A stretch of DNA of 64,000 nt. Origin: Bacilli bacterium. GTDB lineage: Bacteria; Bacillota_I; Bacilli_A; ML615J-28; CAG-313. The position numbers and the translations under genes were made by a program. Below, piece after piece: positions 57,691-64,000 of this stretch; the first letter of the stretch is position 1, and each line of letters opens with the position of its first letter. The notes beneath the pieces are model-generated. The model did no database searches. It saw nothing but the letters and a program-made list of their open reading frames with translations, and had not been told where the DNA came from. The stretch is taken from positions 19,715 to 83,714 of the forward strand of contig JBGVIL010000020.1 of NCBI GenBank assembly GCA_045123185.1, given 5' to 3'.

Positions 57691-58733
57691 TACTTAATAT
57701 TCCCTTTAATTGCTTGAGCTCTTAACTGACCACAGGCAGCTGCAACATCATTTCCATGTTCCATTCTAAGTGTTGCGTTAATACCATGTTTTCTTAAGAT
57801 TTCAAAAAATTCTTCACATCTTTCATGTGATGATGCTTTGTATGGATTTGTTATAACTTCGTTGTATGGAATTAAATTGACATAACAATTAATGTTTTTA
57901 ACAAGTTTTATTAGATCTAATGCGTCTTGGTCACGATCGTTTACACCTTTGATTAAGATATATTCAAAAGTAATTCGTCGGTTAGTTTTGTCAAGATAAT
58001 ATTTAAGTGCTTCAATTAATTCTTCAATTTTGTACACTTTATTAATCTTCATCATTTTAGATCTTAACTCATTTGTTGGGGCGTGTAAACTTACTGCCAA
58101 ATTAATTTGTAGTGGAAAATCAGCAAATTCATAAATTTTAGGCACAATACCACATGTCGAAACAGTGATATGTCTCGCACCAATTTCTAAACCTTTTGGA
58201 TAATTAACAATAGTTAAAAATTTCAACAATGTTTCATAATTATCAAAAGGTTCTCCAATACCCATTACAACAATATTAGAAACTCTTTGATTTTCTACAT
58301 TTAAATAATTGTCAACATATAAAACTTGTAATGCCATTTCTGCAAGTGTTAAATTTCGAACTTTTCCAAGTTCGCCACTTGCGCAAAACGAACATCCCAT
58401 GTTACATCCTACTTGACTTGTTACACATACACTATTACCATAGTTATGGCGCATTAATACTGTTTCGATTAAATTGCCGTCATTTAGTTCAAATAAAAAC
58501 TTAATTGTTCCGTCACTAGAAACAAATTTTGTTTTTAAATTTAAACCCTCAATAATAAAATTATCCTTTAATGTTTGAATAGCTAGTTTGGATAAATTAG
58601 TCATTTCATCAAATGATGTTACTTTTTTACGATATAGCCATTCAAGGATTTGAACTGCTCTAAACTTTTTATCACCAATTGATTCAAAATAGTTTTCTAA
58701 TTCTTCTTTAGATAAATCATATATATTTCGCAT
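57690..58733 (-). CDS. rlmN: 23S rRNA/tRNA (adenine-C2)-methyltransferase, radical SAM
   Basis: CNMGCSFCASG radical-SAM motif and the C-terminal AACGQL block. Confidence 0.95.
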   Translation of the reverse strand: MRNIYDLSKEELENYFESIGDKKFRAVQILEWLYRKKVTSFDEMTNLSKLAIQTLKDNFIIEGLNLKTKFVSSDGTIKFLFELNDGNLIETVLMRHNYGNSVCVTSQVGCNMGCSFCASGELGKVRNLTLAEMALQVLYVDNYLNVENQRVSNIVVMGIGEPFDNYETLLKFLTIVNYPKGLEIGARHITVSTCGIVPKIYEFADFPLQINLAVSLHAPTNELRSKMMKINKVYKIEELIEALKYYLDKTNRRITFEYILIKGVNDRDQDALDLIKLVKNINCYVNLIPYNEVITNPYKASSHERCEEFFEILRKHGINATLRMEHGNDVAAACGQLRAQAIKGNIK

Positions 58734-58734
58734 A

Positions 58735-59964
58735 TTAACTCTCTCTTATTAGTTTCGCAATATAGAAACCATCATTCTTATTAGTTGGTAATAATTTATG
58801 TTCTTCAAGCAGTTTAAATTCTTTATGTTTTTTTAAGAAATACTTCATCATTTCTTCATTTTCTTGTTTGTTAATAGTACATGTACTATAAACTAATGTA
58901 CCACCAACTTTAACATTTCTAGATGCTCGGCCAAGTAATGCTTTTTGAAGTACAATAATGTCTTCAACATCTTTCATATTAAATTGATATTTTAAATCAA
59001 CTTTATGTTTCATAACACCAAGTCCAGAACAAGGTGCATCCAGTAAAACATAATCAAAAGGTTCTTCATATGTTTGCATTACACTATCACAAACCATTGG
59101 TTTTAAACATGTAACCCCTAAGTTTTTAGCCATGTCATTAATTAACTTAATCTTGTGTTCATATATATCACAACATGTAATTTCTGAATTATTGTTAGTG
59201 ATTGCGGCCAAATGAAAAGCTTTTGATCCAGGTGCAGAACACATATCTAAGATCTTAGAGTTTTCAGTTGGATTCATTACTTCACTAACCATTTGACTTG
59301 ATAAGTCTTGATAAACAATGAAACCTTTTTTAAAAATATTAAGATTAGTTAAATTAGCTTTAGTGATAATTGCATTATTAACTATTTCAATATCGTAGTC
59401 TTTTAAATCTTCTTTAATAAAATCAACCGTTGTTTTTAAAGTATTAATCCGGTATACATTATATATATCCGTATCATGAGCTAAGATACTTTCAATATCA
59501 TCAGGATATTGTTTTTTAAGTAAACTAACTAAGCTTATAGGATAACTATATTTAACGCTTAATGTTCGATTAAAGTCATCAAAATAAACATCTTGTTCAC
59601 CACTACGAGTAATGTTTCTTAATATACCATTGAATAAACTAGTATAATTAGGTGATAACTTCTTAACCATTTCAACGATTTCTAAAACAACATGGTGGTT
59701 AGATATATTCATATATAGAACCATGTATGTTGCCATTCTAAGTAAATTCTTTAATTCTTTGGAAAGTGAATCTTTTTGTAAATAGAAGCTAATTTGGTAA
59801 TCTAGTAAGATTTTGTTTTCAACAGTTCCATATACAATTCTAGTAAACAAAGCTTTTCTTTGTTTATCTAGTTTAGATTCTTTTAATGACTCATTAATAA
59901 CAATATTAATAAAACCTTTATTAATTAAAATCTTGTTAATTGCGTTCAGTTCTAAAGTATACAT
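58735..59964 (-). CDS. rsmB: 16S rRNA (cytosine967-C5)-methyltransferase
   Basis: DMCSAPGSK, DAPCSGLG and YSTCT motifs, with a NusB-like N-terminus. Confidence 0.9.
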   Translation of the reverse strand: MYTLELNAINKILINKGFINIVINESLKESKLDKQRKALFTRIVYGTVENKILLDYQISFYLQKDSLSKELKNLLRMATYMVLYMNISNHHVVLEIVEMVKKLSPNYTSLFNGILRNITRSGEQDVYFDDFNRTLSVKYSYPISLVSLLKKQYPDDIESILAHDTDIYNVYRINTLKTTVDFIKEDLKDYDIEIVNNAIITKANLTNLNIFKKGFIVYQDLSSQMVSEVMNPTENSKILDMCSAPGSKAFHLAAITNNNSEITCCDIYEHKIKLINDMAKNLGVTCLKPMVCDSVMQTYEEPFDYVLLDAPCSGLGVMKHKVDLKYQFNMKDVEDIIVLQKALLGRASRNVKVGGTLVYSTCTINKQENEEMMKYFLKKHKEFKLLEEHKLLPTNKNDGFYIAKLIRES

Positions 59965-60627
59965 CTAATCACCTACCATTACCAAAAAGTATGCATATTC
60001 AAACTTAGTAAGTTCGGTTAATACTTTATTAAATTCCGAAGTTTTGTTTTCAATTGATTTAATTGTAAACTTCGTTGTTTTATAAACTTGACTCCAATCA
60101 CTAGATGTAATCAAATAATGATTAATAATTGATTCTAAAAAATTAACATTTAGTAAACTTTGTACTTTTGGTGATTCATATTTTTCTAAGTAATCTTTAA
60201 TTACATTTACATAATCAGAAATAATATTATTTGCGTACTGTTTAATTAATCTAGATGCGTTAAACATGGTACCTTCATGGTCTAATACTTGTTTATAATA
60301 TTCTAACATATCATATAACTCATCAATAGTCTTATTATGTAAGAAAACAAATGCGTCTACTTTAATAAAGCGTTCCAATTCAACTTTTAAATCTTCAACT
60401 AATTGTTCCATTTCGAAACAGTTATTATCTATATAATTATATATATTATCAAGTTTATTTTCACTATATTCTACTAATAACTTTTTAGACTCATTTAATA
60501 GTTTTAATAAATACTCAACTACTTTTTGATGTTTGATTTCATCATATACAAGTAATAAGATTTCAGATTGTAAAATTTTAGTTTCAATTTCTTTTAAGTT
60601 TTTTATTAATTTGTTTAGTTTTTCCAT
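59965..60627 (-). CDS. hypothetical protein (helical, Glu/Lys-rich)
   Basis: 220-aa intact ORF immediately upstream of rsmB. No motif recognised. Confidence 0.45.
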   Translation of the reverse strand: MEKLNKLIKNLKEIETKILQSEILLLVYDEIKHQKVVEYLLKLLNESKKLLVEYSENKLDNIYNYIDNNCFEMEQLVEDLKVELERFIKVDAFVFLHNKTIDELYDMLEYYKQVLDHEGTMFNASRLIKQYANNIISDYVNVIKDYLEKYESPKVQSLLNVNFLESIINHYLITSSDWSQVYKTTKFTIKSIENKTSEFNKVLTELTKFEYAYFLVMVGD

Positions 60628-60706
60628 ATTATCACCAAATATTATTTCTATAGTGACATTATATCAAATAATAAAAAAATAATAAAGTAAAGAATAAACA
60701 AACATT

Positions 60707-60735
60707 TTGACTTTTTATACAATTTATTATATAAT
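60707..60735 (+). promoter_or_regulatory. promoter of lgt
   Basis: TTGACT (60707-60712), a 17-nt spacer, then TATAAT (60730-60735). AAGAGGTGA SD lies before the ATG at 60755. Confidence 0.6.
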
Positions 60736-60754
60736 TGTGTAAAGAGGTGAACTT

Positions 60755-61645
60755 ATGTTTTACAAAGAAAGTAGTATACTGTTTCCACTACTAGTAGTTC
60801 TAGGTGCAGTACTCGGAGTATTATTTATTTTTAAAAAAGTAAAACCATTAAACTTTTCTAAAAAATCACAGGACCGTTTTATCATTATTCTTTGTTATGG
60901 TGGTATTGCATTTTATCTTGGTGCAAGATTTTTTGATGATTTATTTCATTACTTAAATGGTGAAGGTTGGGGTAATGGCGGTATTACTTTCCTTGCAGGA
61001 TGTTTAACTGGTTTAGTCGTATTTATTATTTTAATTTTCTTCTTCTTAAAAGATGAAAGAAAACATATTTTTAAAATCTTTAATATTGTTGCGATGGGAA
61101 TAATCTTAGGTCATGCTGTTGGCAGACTTGGATGTTTCACTGCAGGATGTTGTTATGGTAAGGTAACAGATTCGTTCATTGGTATTAACTTCCCAGGTGA
61201 AGGTTACCGATATGAAGGCAATGGCATTTATACTGTCTATGGAAGCGATGCTTATAAAAAACTCTTTGAAGAATATTTAGAAACATCACCATCATATCAA
61301 GAAGGAGTAATGAAACAAGATAACTCATTAATTTCGAAAGCTTTAGTTTCAGCAAATTATTATGCTAAAACTACTAAAGTGATTCCAACTCAACTTATTG
61401 AATCATTATTCTTAATTATCTTATTTGTTGTTTTATTAAAAGTTAATAAGCTCCAATTCCCAATCTATTTAATTAGTTACTCGGTATATCGTTTCTTTGC
61501 TGAATACTTAAGATTTGATAATCGCGGTGCGACAACACTTGGAATATCTCCTTCTCAACTTATGAGTATTATTGGAGTACTTGCAGGTATTGGTATACTT
61601 ATTATATATATATACTTTAAGAAGAAAAAACAAATTGAAATATAA
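60755..61645 (+). CDS. lgt: prolipoprotein diacylglyceryl transferase
   Basis: Polytopic membrane protein with the HAVGRLGCFTAGCCYG block and a C-terminal basic tail. Confidence 0.8.
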   Translation: MFYKESSILFPLLVVLGAVLGVLFIFKKVKPLNFSKKSQDRFIIILCYGGIAFYLGARFFDDLFHYLNGEGWGNGGITFLAGCLTGLVVFIILIFFFLKDERKHIFKIFNIVAMGIILGHAVGRLGCFTAGCCYGKVTDSFIGINFPGEGYRYEGNGIYTVYGSDAYKKLFEEYLETSPSYQEGVMKQDNSLISKALVSANYYAKTTKVIPTQLIESLFLIILFVVLLKVNKLQFPIYLISYSVYRFFAEYLRFDNRGATTLGISPSQLMSIIGVLAGIGILIIYIYFKKKKQIEI

Positions 61646-61679
61646 AAACACATTGGTTTCCCAATGTGATTTTTTTTAT
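61645..61679 (+). terminator. bidirectional terminator between lgt and eno
   Basis: Stem CACATTGG/CCAATGTG with a TTTC loop, flanked by an A5 run and a T8 run. Confidence 0.85.
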
Positions 61680-62968
61680 CTTTTAATATTGTAATAAGAA
61701 TTAATACCTTCAAATTTTGCTGAACCTGAAAGTTCGTCTTCGATTCTTATTAATTTATTATATTTAGCAATACGATCTGTTCTTGAAAGTGAACCAGTTT
61801 TAATTTGACCAGCATTTAAACCTACAGCAATGTCTGCAATTGTAGTATCTTCTGTTTCCCCACTTCGATGTGATATTACTGCAGCATAACCAGCTTTCTT
61901 GGCCATTTCGATTGCAGCAAATGTTTCAGTTAAAGTACCAATTTGATTAACTTTAATTAAGATAGCATTAGCTGTATTATTTTGAATGCCTTTATATAAA
62001 CGTTCAGTGTTTGTTACAAATAAATCATCACCAACAAGTTGAACACGACTACCTAGTCTTGCTGTTAAATATTTCCAACCTTCCCAGTCATCTTCGGCAA
62101 GTCCGTCTTCAATAGAAACAATTGGATGTTTAGAACAAATTGATTCATAAAAACTTACAAGTTCTTTTGCTGTTAATTCTTTATTTTCACTCTTTAAATG
62201 ATACTTTTTAGTAGTTGGATCATAGAACTCGCTAGATGCAACATCTAAAGCTAAGAAAATGTCAACACCAGGTTTGTAACCTGCTTGTTTGATTGCTTTA
62301 ATAACAAGTTGAATTGCTTCTTCGTTTGAAGAAAGTTTAGGTGCATATCCACCTTCATCTCCAACTGATGTATTTAAACCTTTTTGTTTTAATACTTCTT
62401 TTAAAGTATGGAATACTTCTGAACCCATACGAACAGCATCAGCAAAAGTTTTAGCTTTTGATGGAACAATCATAATTTCTTGGAAATCAATACACCAATC
62501 AGCATGAGCTCCACCATTTAAAATGTTCATCATAGGTGTTGGCATAAGATGTGCACTAAATCCACCAAAGTATTGATATAATGGCATACCATAATAATCT
62601 GCAGCTGCTTTTGCAACAGCCATAGAAACACCAAGGATTGCATTAGCACCAAGACGTGATTTATTTGGTGTACCATCTAACTTAATCATTAAGTTATCAA
62701 TTAACATTTGAGCAGTAACATCATATCCAATAATTTCAGGAGCGATTTCTTCGTTAACATTATTAACGGCTTTTAAAACGCCTTTACCTTTATATCTTTT
62801 AGAATCTTTATCACGAAGTTCTAATGCTTCATGAACGCCAGTTGAAGCTCCACTTGGAACCATCGCACGACCTTTCGCACCACTTTCCGTTTCTACTTCA
62901 ACTTCGATTGTTGGGTTTCCTCTTGAGTCTAGTACTTCTCTTGCGTAAACCTCTTTAATATATGGCAT
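61676..62968 (-). CDS. eno: enolase (phosphopyruvate hydratase)
   Basis: Full-length 430 aa with SHRSGETED and [11 protein letters not shown] blocks. Confidence 0.98.
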   Translation of the reverse strand: MPYIKEVYAREVLDSRGNPTIEVEVETESGAKGRAMVPSGASTGVHEALELRDKDSKRYKGKGVLKAVNNVNEEIAPEIIGYDVTAQMLIDNLMIKLDGTPNKSRLGANAILGVSMAVAKAAADYYGMPLYQYFGGFSAHLMPTPMMNILNGGAHADWCIDFQEIMIVPSKAKTFADAVRMGSEVFHTLKEVLKQKGLNTSVGDEGGYAPKLSSNEEAIQLVIKAIKQAGYKPGVDIFLALDVASSEFYDPTTKKYHLKSENKELTAKELVSFYESICSKHPIVSIEDGLAEDDWEGWKYLTARLGSRVQLVGDDLFVTNTERLYKGIQNNTANAILIKVNQIGTLTETFAAIEMAKKAGYAAVISHRSGETEDTTIADIAVGLNAGQIKTGSLSRTDRIAKYNKLIRIEDELSGSAKFEGINSYYNIKR

Positions 62969-62980
62969 ATATATTCTCCT

Positions 62981-64000
62981 TTATTTTTTAATCATGCTTT
63001 TACCAGTCATATCTTTAGGGATTTCGACACCTAAAAGTTCTAACATTGTAGGTGCAACATCACCAAGATTTCCTGTTTCATGAAGTTCTAATCCTTCTTT
63101 TAAAATACAGAATGGTACAGGATTAGTTGTATGAGCAGTATGAGGAAGACCTAATTCATTAACAAGCATATCAGCATTACCATGGTCTGCTGTAATAATT
63201 AAAGTACCACCAACTTTTTTAACTGCTTCTTCAATTTTTCCAATACATTCATCAACAACTTCAACTGCTTTAATAGTTGCATCCATAATAGCTGTATGAC
63301 CAACCATATCACAGTTAGCAAAGTTTAAGATAATTGTATCGTACTCTTCACTTTCAATTTCTTTTAATACTCTGTCACATATTTGATATGCACTCATTTC
63401 AGGCATCATATCAAAAGTTTCAATTTTTGGTGAATCAATTAAGATTCTACTTGAACCTGCAATCTCTTTATCAGCTCCACCATCAAAGAAATATGTAACG
63501 TGAGCATATTTTTGTGTTTCAGCAATTCTTAATTGTTTTAAACCATTTTGGCTAATAACTTCACCATATAAATTATCTAAAGTTTGAAGACCAAAACATA
63601 CATCACCTTTAACATCTTCAGAATATAACATCATTTGAACAAAACAAATATTATTAAATTCTTTAGTATTTGTTAAAGTTGTTTTAGATGGATTAGTAAT
63701 ACCAAGTGAAATTTGGATTGCTCTATCTGGTCTAAAGTTTGCAAAAATTACTGAATCATTTTCTTTAATATAAGCATTAGAATCTACTATATATGGAACA
63801 ACAAATTCATCAGTTACACCATTTGCATATGATTCATCAATTCCACCAAGTAAATCTTTAACTGGTGCTTTACCATATACTAATGCATCATATGCAAGTT
63901 GTACTCTTTCATAGATTTTATCTCTATCCATAGCATAGTATCTACCACTTACAACACCAGCACTAATACCTTCTGTTAAATTATCTTTAATAACTTGTAA
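62981..64000 (-). CDS. gpmI: 2,3-bisphosphoglycerate-independent phosphoglycerate mutase (C-terminal ~340 codons; 5' end lies beyond the window)
   Basis: The frame stays open upstream of the tracked Met to position 64000 (..VSGRYYAMDRDKIYERV..). ADHGNAD and NCDMVGHT metal-site blocks are present. Confidence 0.9.
   Translation of the reverse strand, partial: LQVIKDNLTEGISAGVVSGRYYAMDRDKIYERVQLAYDALVYGKAPVKDLLGGIDESYANGVTDEFVVPYIVDSNAYIKENDSVIFANFRPDRAIQISLGITNPSKTTLTNTKEFNNICFVQMMLYSEDVKGDVCFGLQTLDNLYGEVISQNGLKQLRIAETQKYAHVTYFFDGGADKEIAGSSRILIDSPKIETFDMMPEMSAYQICDRVLKEIESEEYDTIILNFANCDMVGHTAIMDATIKAVEVVDECIGKIEEAVKKVGGTLIITADHGNADMLVNELGLPHTAHTTNPVPFCILKEGLELHETGNLGDVAPTMLELLGVEIPKDMTGKSMIKK

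Noticed and set aside
1-64000. Mycoplasma/Spiroplasma genetic code (UGA = Trp), considered because of the very low GC content.
   Set aside because: Genes end cleanly at TGA, for example the lipoprotein at 47277. Trp is encoded by TGG in conserved motifs such as GGWHDAGD. All long conserved genes are intact under the standard code.

Overview
AT-rich window (by eye roughly 25-30% GC) that uses the standard genetic code: TGA is a stop, TGG encodes Trp, and long ORFs stay intact. It looks like a chromosome segment from a Firmicutes or Mollicutes-related anaerobe. Almost every gene lies on the minus strand.

Two housekeeping blocks flank an accessory island.
- Left block (1-20.2 kb): murI (partial), a chromate transporter pair, a GH9-like hydrolase, nadE, mntP, a two-component system, an rRNA methyltransferase, a YolD-like gene plus a Y-family polymerase, and a MarR-regulated pair of ABC exporters.
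- Right block (36.7-64 kb): pncA and pncB, a large surface amidase, rlmCD-like, pgpA-like, fmt, priA, an S8 protease, hydCBA (trimeric [FeFe] hydrogenase), rpe, rsgA, rlmN, rsmB, lgt, eno and gpmI (partial).

The accessory island spans about 20.25-36.6 kb and reads as follows in the minus-strand direction:
1. An operon of an unknown 196-aa protein, a degenerate Mur-ligase-like protein, a ~2030-aa RHS/YD-repeat polymorphic toxin, and a tightly coupled immunity gene.
2. A separately promoted and terminated four-gene cluster: a HIT HxHxQ variant, a PNP/UDP-type phosphorylase, a small nucleoside-deoxyribosyltransferase-like protein, and a protein with an Rx4H HEPN-like motif.
3. A tandem array of ~75-bp repeats.
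4. A large serine recombinase whose stop codon overlaps the 5' edge of the first of two start-less 'orphan' rhs C-terminal toxin fragments. Each fragment has its own coupled membrane immunity gene.

The recombinase and the orphan cassettes are bracketed by ~70-80 bp inverted repeats, with a third degenerate copy between the cassettes. Outside those lie direct copies of the ~60-bp repeat.

The most interesting hypothesis is a recombinase-associated, mobile, invertible or excisable toxin-tip cassette module for RHS toxin diversification. This is inference from sequence architecture only. No database searches were run, and all alignments were done by hand.
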